Below are positions 1 through 12,403 of a stretch of 64,000 nt of DNA, piece after piece. Under the pieces are notes generated by a model, which was not told where the DNA came from, ran no database searches, and was given only the letters and a program-made list of their open reading frames with translations. How positions within the stretch are numbered: the stretch's first letter is position 1; every line of letters begins with the position of its first letter. This stretch comes from Eremomyces bilateralis CBS 781.70. Lineage: Eukaryota. The DNA is taken from the NCBI GenBank assembly GCA_010015585.1, contig ML975149.1; one strand, written 5' to 3'. The position numbers were made by a program, and so were the translations under genes.

Positions 1-303
1 CCACCCTCCGCGACCAGTCGATCATCTCCGGGATCGCTTGCTGGTTGAGCTGGAGTCCATCCTGGCGAAACTTCTCCAAGACCTGGAAATTTGTCTGCAG
101 TGTGTTCAACGCGGCCACGGCTGCCTATGCAACTACATCGTTAGCCGAGGGACTCCAAAACTTAGGGTTTCGAGATGGCGATGACGGACACTGTAGTCTC
201 GTGCCATGGTGGCGTATGTGCGGTACGCGTGGTATTTTCTCGGCGGTAGGATAGGTGTATGACGCGCAAGCGTTGCCAATTTAAAAGGAATGGCTATTCG
301 CAT
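1..303 (-). CDS. MET7: Folylpolyglutamate synthase (FPGS), 5' part only; runs off the window start
   Basis: Not in ORF track. Exon 303..190, intron 189..125 (GTCCGT...CTAAC...TAG), exon 124..1 translate to MRIAIPFKLATLARHTPILPPRKYHAYRTYAT-MARDYS/AAVAALNTLQTNFQVLEKFRQDGLQLNQQAIPEMIDWSRRV, matching the fungal FPGS N-terminus pattern (AVxALNxLQxN...AIPEMxxWxRR). Second in-frame ATG at 207. Confidence 0.85.
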
Positions 304-1073
304 TGGTGGACAGGCCCAGGACGCGAATGATGCCGACGTTCATGTGAAGCGAAATGGATGGTTGAAAAGTCCACTAGCTGCCGGTTCTGAATTGAGGATG
401 AAACAGGAGCTCTGGAGTCTGGAGTATGGAGGGATGTATTCCGTACCAAACCTTCGATAATAATCTCGATATGTAATAATAGTACCAAGGTGTCACGAGC
501 TAAGTCCTAGTGAATCCGAACATCGGAATTCAGATCCCCCACAGGGGCCTCCAGTATCAGCTGTCGACTACCAGTACCACCATCTATCACCAAGCGATCG
601 CGGGCAGAGTACTCCAGCCTCTGATCTTGCGGGGAAACATGTGGCTTATTCTTCGTCTCCAGTTATCAAGACGAATGACGAAACAAGTCTCAACTCTGGG
701 GATACCCTTGCTATTTACTCGAATCCTATCACATTGTATATTCGTATTGCTCGGAAAACAGTGAAAGCATCAGCATACTACGTAGGCCTGTATGATACTA
801 GATGGAGATTCCTGGTATCGCCGAGGTTTCATATGCGATGCCCGCCCGCTCGCCATGCCTTTCACATGGAGCACGGAGAGTTGGCACTCAACCTCCTCCG
901 TTCGAGTTTAGTTATTTCAAAAGCCTCAAGTCCCGTTGGGTGACCATGATATAATCGAGATTTATACTGGTGGCCCTCTGTGTCCATTTCGTCTCGCTGT
1001 CTGAGCCCGTTGTTAAGAGGCTAAGCTAAAAGAAGATTCCCCTTGACCACCAGTTACCACCATCGCCGCCATA

Positions 1074-2825
1074 ATGGCGTCTGGAAAGCTTCCATTGTTA
1101 ATTGGGTCATCCCTAATCGAGTCTCTTGCTATTATTACGTTTCTCCCTCAATATCTCCCTGCAAACCCGCTAGTATGGACATTGTCACGAGTCTTGGCTG
1201 TGAATAGTGGGATTCTACTGGTTTACTTGATATTCATATATCCATTCTATATCAGCCCCTTGCGCCATCTTCCGTCGCCTGGTGTAAGTTGAACACGTAT
1301 AAATCCATGGCTAGTTCTCGAAATTGACACTATTAGAATGGAATTCCGATTATAGGGCTAGGGGCGGCCATGTTCAAGCGACCCCCAGGGCAAGACTTCT
1401 TGAACTGGGTCACCAACGTCCCGAACGATGGCCTCATCCTCTTCCGTGGCCTCTTTCACAGGAACATTCTCCTCCTGACGAACCCAAGGACGATTGGAGA
1501 AGTCCTGGTGACCAAGTCCTACGAGTTCCAAAAGCCAACCAAGGTCCGGAACTTTCTCCGTCGCATCTTGGGCGATGGATTGATCATCGTGGAAGGCGAT
1601 GAGCACCGATTCCAGCGCAAGCACATCATGCCTGTCTTTAGCTTCCGAAATATCAAGGAGTTGTACCCCATGATATGGGGCAAATCTGTTGCTCTGACTC
1701 AAGCTCTCAAGGCGGAACTCGAGCATGGCAAATCGGCTTCCACGGGTGAGCTGGAGCTCAACCACTGGGCGAACAATGTTACCATGGACATTATTGGTGT
1801 TGCCGGCCTTGGGCGCGATTTCAATGCGCTGAAGAACTCCGATGACCCCCTGATCCAGAACTACGAGGAGATTCTCGAGCCCACGGCCGAGAAGGTTGCG
1901 TTCTTCGCCTGCCAGATCATTCTACCACAATGGTTCATTGAGATGCTCCCGTGGGGGTTGAACGAGCGGGTGAAGGTGACAACCACTAATCTCACCAACA
2001 TCTGCCTGCAGCTGGTCCGCGACAAGCGTGAAGCCATCAAAATGGGGGGAGAGGAACACTTCGATATCTTATCCATTCTCATCAAATCCGACAATTTCTC
2101 GGACAAGCAGCTCGTTGACCAACTTCTGACCTTCCTCGCCGCTGGGTAAGCCTCTGCCAGGCTCTAACCATCTTCATTATGCTGATTATGTTGACAGCCA
2201 CGAAACCACCTCCTCCACTTTCACTTGGACTGCATTTCTCCTTGCCAAGTACCCCCACATCCAAACCAGGCTCCGCGAAGAAGTGCGCGCCTATCTCCCA
2301 GCTGACCCCTCCAACGAGCCGAACCTGGCTCAAATCCTCGAGTCCATGCCCTTGCTCAACGGTGTGTGCAACGAAACCCTCCGCCTGTACCCAACCGTCC
2401 CCATTACTGTCCGCGCCGCCGTGCGCGACACCACGGTCATGGACCTGCCGGTCCCCAAAGACACCGAGCTCGTCCTCTGCCCCTGGGCCGTCAACCGCTC
2501 TCCTCATCTCTGGGGTAAGAACGCCAGCGAGTTCGTACCCGAGCGATGGATCGATTTCGACGCCGGCGCGGAGAAGGAGGGGCGCCCGAACAATACGGGC
2601 GGTGCGAAGAGCAATTATGCCCAGTTGACGTTCTTGCATGGGCCGCGGAGCTGCATTGGGCAGAACTTCGCGAAGGCGGAGCTGCGGGCCTTGACTGCAG
2701 CGCTTGTTGGGGCGTTTGAATGGACGTTAGCGAACCAAAGCGAGAATGTGATCCCTGGGGGCGTTATCACGACGAAGCCGCAGAATGGCATGCATCTGAA
2801 GCTGAAGCCAATTGCAGATTGGTGA
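1074..2825 (+). CDS. Cytochrome P450 monooxygenase, 3 exons (1074-1283, 1337-2145, 2198-2825)
   Basis: N-terminal hydrophobic anchor and PLRHLPSP hinge. I-helix AAGHETT is formed across intron 2. ExxR (ETLR), PERW and heme motif FLHGPRSCIG are present. Both introns are GT..AG with branch sites. Confidence 0.95.
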
Positions 2826-3287
2826 ACATGGGAGACAGGGGGACGGGAATTGGAGTTTCAGGAACTGGTCTGTTTTGCTGGACACCATAGATGCCAGAGC
2901 ACAATCTAGCATGATCGCGACGAATTATTGGACGTACAAATTTATCAAATATTATATTGCAATGACGCCAGGATGCTATAGAAAAGGCATAGTGAAGAAC
3001 TAGGATATCTCAATTTGCCCCATCGTTCTCACAATGTGGTCCAGTGGTAACCGTGCCAAATAATCGTACCTCTCAAACCAATTCTCGTACAACCCGCTTG
3101 CTCTCAAACCAGATAAAGCAACATCCAGTACTGTTGCGTACGGTACCTCCCTATGTAAACGAATGTAGATTGCCCAGCAAATCCAAGAAGAGGCTCGCAC
3201 GCCCAGCCGTGGACCCCTGAAATGGATCCCTGCCAGACTCCGCTACGTCTCTATGAACAAGATTAGCCACACACGTCGTATGGGCGT

Positions 3288-4676
3288 TTAAACAGCAACT
3301 TGGTTACTGAAGAACACCTCCTCTGCCTTATTCTTGACCGCATCGACAATCCTTTGCATGCCGCCCTCCGCTCCCTGCTCCTCTTTAGGCGCTGGCTTCG
3401 GCGCCGCACCTAGGGTCTTCAGCTCGGGGGTATGAAGGACTGCCATGCGGTTCTCTGCGCGGATACGCTTGGCGGTGATACGCTGCGGGTAGTTCCTCAT
3501 AGACATGTTGGTGAAATGAGTGCCGTAGTGGATGCCCCTGGAGTTCTCATCGCTCTCAAACCCGGGCAGCGCCTCCAAGGTAGCCTGAAAGTTGGGCTCA
3601 TGGAAGTAGGCGAAGGCGAAACGCTGGTCATTGTTGAGCCCGACCTTATGCGGAGTGGATGGGAGGTAGGAGTTGGTGATGTATTGCATCATGTCGCCTA
3701 AAACGATTGTTAGTTGTTGCTAGTTAAAAAAAATAACGAGGCGACTGGGCTTACCTGGGAAAACAGTGAAGACGTTAGGGACCGGCGGTACATATACCCA
3801 GCGGTGATCATTCTCATACGCGCCGGCGACGCTCTTCTCCCAGTTGGCGTACTTCTCGTCCTTGTACGGTGGGCGGATGAAAAGTCCTCCCACACTGTCT
3901 TGCGAAGCGATAACCAGAAGGCCATAGTCGGTGTGGGAGCCGATGCCACGGCCATCCTTCCCCTTGCCGTTGGTCTTGTCGCGGGCGGGGAAGCGCAGTA
4001 CCCGAAGGTGGTGCCATCCATCTCGGGTATACTTGGTGAGTTCATTGATATCGGGCAGCTCAAGGCCACAGGCGATGAGCTGGAGGATCTTGTCACCGGA
4101 GTCGCCAAGATGGTTCATGTATGTCTTGATAGAGCTCTTCATCCTAGTATCTGGCCATGGACAAGGGCCATGGCATGGCCACTTCGCCTTCACGCGCGGG
4201 TCGGACTGAGGAAGATCCTTGGTGACGGTAAAGATTTCCGAGTAGTCGGCGATGTTGTCAGTGAGTTCTTCACCCGAGGCGATATATCCCGAGAAGCTCT
4301 GGTCATTGACACAGCTCGCCTTGCGGTCGTATGGTATGTCGAAGTAGCGCTGGGACGTCGCAAATGCCTTGTCTGCGACGCTGCGCTGGGATTCGTCCAT
4401 GGATACTTGAAGGATCCCATCACGGCGCCATGCGTTGATCATGGCTTTGCCGAGAATAATGTCGCCACGGGAGCCAGTGACCTGCTGCGGGATCTCGAAA
4501 GTTTGGAAGGCTCCAGCTTTGGCTTTGTAGCCTGGAGGCATAGTCGCCTGCTTGTCCTGCATAGTTGCAAACGGCCTGGTGAACTTGGTGATGGCCTGGT
4601 AGCATTTGGCAAAATTCTTGCATTGGTAATTGCGGCATCCTGCCACAGCGGAACGAAGGGCGAGTGAGGCGAGCAT
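3288..4676 (-). CDS. efe: 2-oxoglutarate/Fe(II)-dependent ethylene/succinate-forming enzyme (EFE) with probable mitochondrial presequence; exons 4676-3755, 3697-3288
   Basis: Collinear with Pseudomonas syringae EFE motifs: QTFEIP, SGYIASGEE, EIFTVTKDL, WPCHGPCPWP, GWHHLRVLRFP, GIGSHTDYGLLVIA (HxD), TVFPG/DMMQ across intron 3754..3698, STPHKV, RFAFAYFHEPNF, HYGTHFTNM, YPQRIT. The start at 4676 (MLASLALRS) is preferred over the ORF-track start at 4949. Confidence 0.93.
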
Positions 4677-7600
4677 TATGCTGGCGATAGCTATGCTTAG
4701 TGAGTAAGATAATTCTGGGAATAAACGAAAGTCAAGGACTGCAAACGAGTGACAAGAACAATAGAGTTTTGCAGTATCTACCAAACCACTCATTGCTCTT
4801 CCTTTGGGATGTCGATGATATAATCCAACAATGTGAGTCAAGCATCTCGAATCATAAAAGGGGCAAATAAAGGGAGAGAAAGTTATTCCAACAAGGAACA
4901 AAATTTTGCTTGAAAAATATGACTGAAGGGATAGAAAGAGGTTGTACATGTGACAATGAATGTGGATTTATACTTACTCAAAGTGGATATCAATATCAAC
5001 AAGAACTCGAGCCGTCGCTGATGGGAAGTCTGCTCGGGTCCACCGAAATGACATATCATCTTGGACGTATCTCAGGGCCACCGGAGTGTAAATATATTCC
5101 CTCGAGCTGTTAATGCCGTTCTCTCCTCCAGAGGGACCGCCACCTCCTCCACTCAAACCTACCATACTTGGACTTCTTGGCCTATTCATCACAGGCTCGT
5201 ATATCAGGTTATACACAAGCGTGAATAGCCGGCATTGTTGCAGTGCTCGTCGAGTGATTGAGCTCTCGGCGTATTCTCGCGTCTTAAAACACCAATGAAG
5301 ATGTTCACGCGGTGAATCGGTCCGATGTGGCAGGGGATGCCATCATTTCCGTTCTTGCGTCTCCATGAACAGCTATCATGGAGGCCAACTAGATCAAACT
5401 TTTGCTCCATTTGGATAGAGCGAGCCCTAGACGTCTGGCACCGGATGCAATGCAGCCCTCCCCCCGATTGTGACGAAAAATGGACCACTGCGAGGTGCGT
5501 TGAGTAGTGATATGTTGTGTAACTGTTTTCGTAAATTCGGCCAATGACGACAATGCGACATGAGGACAATGGTGGCCTCTCCGCGGGCATCCTTTTCTCG
5601 GCCGCACATCGGTCGTTTCTTTCATTTGAATAGTCCGACGAGTCGACAGGTAGAATCGGGATGAAAAAGTAAAGATCGACAAACCCTCGCGTCTCGGACG
5701 ACGCGCGCGGTTGGGCGGTTGCTCGCGCATGTAGTCGAGCGGCCGCAACATCTTTTTTGGCCTAAACAGGGCATTTCAGATCCTTCTGCGATGCATCCAA
5801 TTAGGAATTCGGGATATTCAAGGAAGCGAATGCATCTACCCGAAGTTCTGTGGAAGAAACGGGCGTGATGGCGTAGATGACATATGCGCGCTCTGTACAT
5901 GTGGATGCAATCCATTGGATAGCCAAATGTCTATGAAGTGACGCCTTGAAGATGTGCATTAGACTTCCGTTCTGTAAGAACCGTTGGAGCGTGGAGATAA
6001 GACTATTAGACGCCACCTGAGATAACAACATCAGTGGCGGGAAATGACGTCTGTCGCTGACGTTTGATCTGGGAACGCTCCTCGTTGACTCGGACAAGGG
6101 TAGAAGCGGAAAGATTGTAACAAGCGCTTAGGTTGATAATCGCTGAAGGAAAGGGTAGGCCGAGGAATGAGAGGAATGCCCTGATCGACCTAACAACTGC
6201 ATCGTCAGTGAGCATGCATGGGGCGAACTAGAGGAACACTCTGCTTCTCCCGCCGCCCAGCGGATATCCGGATATCCCGCTTGAAGTGTTAATCACTCCC
6301 CAGGGTGAAGTGCCTGACCCCTTGCACTGGAAGAAATCCTGGTTCGAAATGCTGCATGTAAGAAATAGTCCACTGTGTAACCGGAGTGCAGACAACGCTC
6401 CCGGATGCTAGGTTTATATGTTTGCTTAACCAATCGTAATATTCTCAACGGCCACCTTCGACGCAGATCGATGTGCGCGATCATCCGTACAATCTGCTTC
6501 AGTGCGTAGATCATCGTTCGTGCTACCATGATCGTCGCTGCGCTGTACACAATAGTCGTATTTATTTGACTGAGAGTCTGAGACGGATGTTGAGGAAGGG
6601 AGCTTGCAGACAGCTGTAACGGAGTGGGGGACAGCGGCACAATCAAGCAACGGTTCCGGATCAACAAAAGCCTTCGACGCCGAACATAGCCACTCAGATT
6701 CCGAGTCTGGTCGGACCGGGCCTGGGTTGCATAGATGGGGCACCAGGGCTTTCCTGACCACTTCGACATATCAGACGACGACAATCAACTGAGCGTGTTC
6801 GCACACCAATTATATTGCCATAGTATCGAAACGGTGTTGGGATCTTGAGGGTCGCTCATATGCCTAAGTGCCGTCTAAAGATTCGTCGTCTGGATGGAGC
6901 TTGGCCCAACAGCCTTAGACACGTTGCAAGGCTTCTCTACCGTCGTCCAGAGCTCAGTCACCCTGCATATCGATGGTTCAGCAGCAGCGAGTGTGACTTC
7001 ATTTGCAAGACTGCATATTCGAAGCGCGGTCAACCAGCAAGACTGCGTCGAAAGGACGTGACAGACCGTACACAAAGCCCGAGGACACCGATGTATTACA
7101 ATGACATAACCGACCTATCCCAGCGATAGGCTGTCATATCAAGCCAACCAAATGAATCGATTTTTTGGCCGGACTTGACTTTGTGTAAATCAGGGAAGGT
7201 CCAGCTGACCATTAGTACTGCCTATGTAGGCTCCCGTCAGTTTAGTATCGCTAACGAGCAGCAGACTAGATTCGCAAATAGCCAGGCCCAACTCGTTTGC
7301 CTCCTTTCACATGGGAAGGAAAGTCGTCAAACAAAAATGAAGAATTCAGCATTCGTCATCGAGGCAATTGGAGTCCTTGATCTGGGCACCGTTATTTCTC
7401 AGCTGCATCCTTGTTTCTCCTTCCAGTTTTTTAATTCTGCCTGTCTTCCTTTTTCTTACCTCTTTGGATCCTTTCTATTGCTGCTTCCAAGTTTGGATCG
7501 AGGAGCTGCAGGATAAAACATCGAGACGGCAGATGCGGCCTGTTTCGGAGTCAGCTGAAGTCCGGGGCGGCGGGGCCTTTGGTTGTGATTGTTAGGCGGC

Positions 7601-9091
7601 TTGGAGTCTGGGATCCTTTGCTGCCCGAATCACACTTGCGTCCCGCCAATGAGTCCTAAAAATCGTCGGATTGGAAGAAATCGTAATTGGGATAGATTTT
7701 TCCCAAAGAGATTCTTGGTGACGCATTCGAGGGCTGATTCGGTATTTATACAGTGAGCACTAGCTGAGGAACTGAGCACGATGACCGTTCCTCGCGATAG
7801 AGGGTATGAGGCTGGTACCGAAAATGAGAAAGGTCCCTCGGCCACAGCCTAAAGGGGGGTGGTGAAACCTTCGAAATAAAAGTGATAACCAATATATTTC
7901 TTCACCAGCAATTTGGCTCCCCACTATCTGAACCCTCCATGCCAGATGTCCACTTCCGTGTGCTAGGTCTCCACCCTGGCATCATCCTCTGCACCACTCT
8001 TACTGCTATATTATGATCAGATAACAAGCGTACAACCTCTTGAGCTATCTCCAAATTTTCTGGTTCGAATGTGCTAAGGATACCCAGTGGCAAAAGGCCC
8101 TTTAAGAGAAAAGCAAGCCCTCATGTTGACCACAGCAGCATACATAGCATGCTCGATTAAGATAGTATAGAATGGAAGCAGTAGATAAAGGCCGCATACT
8201 GGTAATAGGAAAGGTTGAGAACCAGCAATGAAAAGATACAAGACGAATTTGGCTTGAGCATGTATCAAAACGAACAGGGCTTTTCAGACACATGGAAATT
8301 TTGCACCGGAATTAAAACAAAAGAGCCACACTGTGTTTGACTTTGGCAAATGCGCTCCCCAGATGTTGAATGATTGACTTGTACCGGTAGGTGTTGGGTT
8401 AAGGTACCTGTAGTAGTACACAAGTTTGAAGTTTGTAGCCTGGAAGAGGTATTATCCATGGATCCTGACGATTCTACAGGGTGCCCAAAAGGCTGGAGGT
8501 TAGTGCGCGTGAAAGAAAATAGGATATTAGGATTTAAGAGTTATTGCAGATGTTGAAGACATGAAGCTATCAATGAATCCTTTGATGATTTGACGTGGTG
8601 GAACTCATGGTAGAGGTGAAACATGCCAAGAAACCCGCTCAGGCAAAACGCCTGACCTCTCCGCCCTCCTATACGCGGACCAATACCACACCTCACACCG
8701 CCACACTGGCTAATCCGGGCGGAGCGGAGATCGGGATGGTTCATTGATGTGATGGAAACCTAGCGAAGGCAACAGACTTGCCATCAAGTGTCATCCAGAT
8801 GACAACAAGGAGTTCCAATTTCACTTATATTCTCTCCCCACTCCTTCTACATACTCTGTTGTAACTGTCTTCTCTACAGCTGCATCACCGAATCCCTCAT
8901 CGAATACCTCACTGAATACCTCTCACCCCATCGTCACAGCCCCTCAGTTGTTGACTAAGGCTTATCAGCGCCTTCCCATCGTCACCATCTCTTCCCCCGA
9001 GAGTTCCGAGCCCTCAACTGTCGTGAAAGTCGTCAAGCTGGGGAAAAGAAGGTTTTCCGGTGACGGCTGTCATAGCCCTAACAAAAAAGCT

Positions 9092-12000
9092 ATGACTGTA
9101 AGTCTACCTGTTGGCTATTCACTTAGTGATGCTATATATGCTCTTGATCCCCCTCCAAGCCTCAAGCCTGAGCTTCAAAGCTCCGAGTGCTCCCGCCCCA
9201 GTCCTTTACTCGCTCATCTATCGCTACGGCTCTTTGAGACACCTACTAATACTATTCCAAGGAAATGCAGGTCGACAGCCCTGCGGCGGCTGCCGAGCAG
9301 ATCAAGAATTCGAGTGGCGAGATCGATGAGGGCCTGTACAGCCGGCAGCTCTACGTCCTTGGTCATGAGGCTATGAAACGTATGAGCTCTTCGAACGTCC
9401 TGATCGTCGGCTTGAAGGGTCTTGGTGTCGAAATCGCGAAGAACATCGCTTTGGCCGGTGTCAAGTCTCTCACCTTATACGATCCCCGCCCCGCCGAAAT
9501 CTCCGACCTCTCCGCACAATTCTTCCTTTATCCCGAAGATGTCGGCAAGCCTCGAGCGGACGTGACGGTCCCTCGTGTGTCCGAGCTGAACCCCTACACG
9601 CCTGTCCAGGAGCATCCGGTCAAAGATCTGACATCGAACCTCGAGGAGCTCAAGCGATATCAAGTTGTCGTTCTCACCAACACGCCGCTGGCAGATCAAA
9701 TCAAGATCTCCGAGTTCTGCCACCAGAATGGGATCTTCGTCGTCATCGCAGATACTTTTGGGTTGTTTGGCAACATCTTTACTGATTTCGGAAAGAACTT
9801 CTCTTGCGTGGATCCTACCGGAGAGGAGCCGTTGACTGGCATTGTTGCCGGCATTGACGACGATGGTCTTGTGTCTGCCCTCGATGAAACGCGACACGGG
9901 CTCACCGATGGCGATTACGTGACTTTCACCGAGATCGAAGGCATGGAGGGGTTGAACAACGCTGCTCCCCGCAAAATCTCCGTCAGTGGACCATACACTT
10001 TCAGTATTGGCGATGTATCGGGGCTTGGCCAATACAAACGTGGTGGACTATACACCCAGGTTAAGATGCCTAAAATCATTGACTTCAAACCCATTACCGA
10101 GTCCTTGGCTGATCCAGAATTCCTCATCTCCGATTTTGCGAAGTTCGATCGTCCGGCGCAGCTACATGTAGGTTTCCAAGCCCTCCATGCATTCGCTGCA
10201 AACAACGATGGCAAAATGCCTCGCGCACACAACGACGAAGATGCGAACGCTGTCATCAACATTGCCAACGATCTGGCTAAGAAGGCAAAGGAGCCTGTGG
10301 AACTGGACGAGAAGATCATTCGAGAGCTCAGCTATCAGGCACGTGGTGAAGTAAGTCCGGTGGCAGCTGTTTTCGGCGGCCTTGCTGCCCAGCAGGCCCT
10401 TGAAGCGGTGTCCGGCAAGTTCCACCCTATCGTCCAGTGGATGTACTTGGATTCATTGGAGTCATTGCCTACGTCGTTTAAGCGGTCCGAAGAGCTATGC
10501 AAGCCTCAAGGAACTCGTTACGATGGCCAAATCGCGGTCTTCGGCGCAGAATTTCAAGAGAAGATCAGCAATATGAAACAATTCCTGGTCGGTGCTGGGG
10601 CCATCGGTTGCGAGATGCTGAAGAATTGGGCTATGATGGGTCTTGGATCTGGACCGAACGGTCACATCACGGTGACGGACATGGATCAAATCGAACGGAG
10701 CAACCTCAACCGACAGTTCCTCTTCCGTCCCAAAGATGTTGGGAAACTGAAGGCCGACTGCGCGGCTGAAACTGTGCAGAAGATGAACCCCGACCTCAAA
10801 GGCAAAATAACCCGAATGAAGGATCGCGTTGGACCGGATAGCGAGCATATCTTCAACGAAAACTTCTGGGAATCATTGGATGGTGTGACGAATGCTTTGG
10901 ACAACGTTGAAGCCCGTACATATGTGGACAGGAGATGCGTGTTCTTCCACAAACCCCTGCTCGACAGCGGCACATTGGGCACAAAGGGCAACAGCCAGGT
11001 CGTTCTCCCCAGACTCACCGAGTCTTATTCAAGCTCCCAGGATCCTCCTGAGCAATCGTTCCCGATGTGCACACTGCGAAGTTTCCCCAACAGAATTGAG
11101 CACACGATCGCATGGGCCAAGGATCTCTTCCATACGTACTTTGTTGGACCCGCTGAAATCGTCAATCTGTACTTGACGAAGCCTAACTACGTGGAATCCC
11201 AACTCAAGCAGTCAGGCAACGAGAAGCAAACCTTGGAGACCTTGAAGGAATTTTTGGTCACCGAGAAGCCACTGACGTTCGACGACTGCATCACTTGGGC
11301 ACGGATCCAGTTCGAGAAGCAGTACAACAATGCGATTCAGCAGCTGCTCTACAACTTCCCCAAAGACTCCCAGACATCGAGCGGCCAACCGTTCTGGTCC
11401 GGGCCGAAGCGAGCTCCTGACCCATTGAAGTTCGATCCCAACAATCCAACGCACTTCACCTTCATTGAAGCGGGAGCCAACCTCCATGCGTTCAACTACA
11501 AGATCAACCCGAAGGGTGTTACGAAGGAACACTACCTGAAAGTCCTTGCCGACCAAATTGTTCCGGACTTCAAGCCTGATCCAGGCGTCAAGATCCAAGC
11601 GTCGGACAACGAACCGGACCCCAACTCCGATGCATCCCGAGCCAGCGGCAACGAACTCTCCGATATAATCGCCAGCCTGCCTCCTCCCAAGTCCCTGGCC
11701 GGCGTCCAACTGGAACCCGTCGAATTTGAAAAAGACGATGATACCAACCACCACATCGACTTCATCACCGCGGCCTCCAACCTGCGTGCCGAAAACTACA
11801 AGATCGCGGAAGCCAACCGCCACAAGACCAAGTTCCTCGCCGGGAAGATCATCCCCGCCATAGCCACCACGACCGCGCTGGTGACCGGCCTCGTCAACCT
11901 CGAGCTGTACAAGATCATCGATGGAAAGACCGACCTCGAGCAGTACAAGAACGGGTTCATCAACATCGCGCTGCCCTTCTTTGGCTTTAGCGAGCCGATC

Positions 12001-12403
12001 GCGAGCCCGAAAGGCACGTACAAGGGGAGTAATGGCGAGGACGTCGTGATTGATAAGCTGTGGGATCGGTTCGAGACCGAGGATGTGACGCTGCAGCAGT
12101 TCGTCGATGACTTCAAGGCGAAAGGGTTGGATATCACGATGATCAGCTCGGGGGTTAGTTTGCTTTATGCAAGCTTCTATCCACCAAGTAAGCTGAAGGA
12201 CCGCCTGCCTTTGAAGTAAGTCTTCTCTCTGATAACTCCCACTTCTTATGCTAACGAGTTCTAGGTTGAGTGCGCTTGTGGAAACCATCAGCAGGAAGCC
12301 CATCCCCGAGCACCAGAAGAACGTCATCTTCGAGATCACTGCCGAAGATAGTACGGAGGAGGACGTGGAAGTCCCGTATGTGATGTTGAAGTTGAGGAAG
12401 TAA
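9092..12403 (+). CDS. UBA1: Ubiquitin-activating enzyme E1; exons 9092-9097, 9262-12215, 12265-12403
   Basis: [37 protein letters not shown], catalytic [27 protein letters not shown]. The last exon ([45 protein letters not shown]) is recovered after intron 12216..12264. The 6-nt first coding exon ATGACT is followed by GTAAGT. Confidence 0.97.

Noticed and set aside
1074..4676. Functional link between the P450 and EFE (e.g. ethylene oxidation)
   Set aside because: Only convergent adjacency supports it; nothing in the P450 sequence indicates its substrate
4677..4949. ORF-track N-terminal 91 aa of EFE
   Set aside because: AT-rich, promoter/UTR-like sequence; the ATG at 4676 gives a plausible presequence
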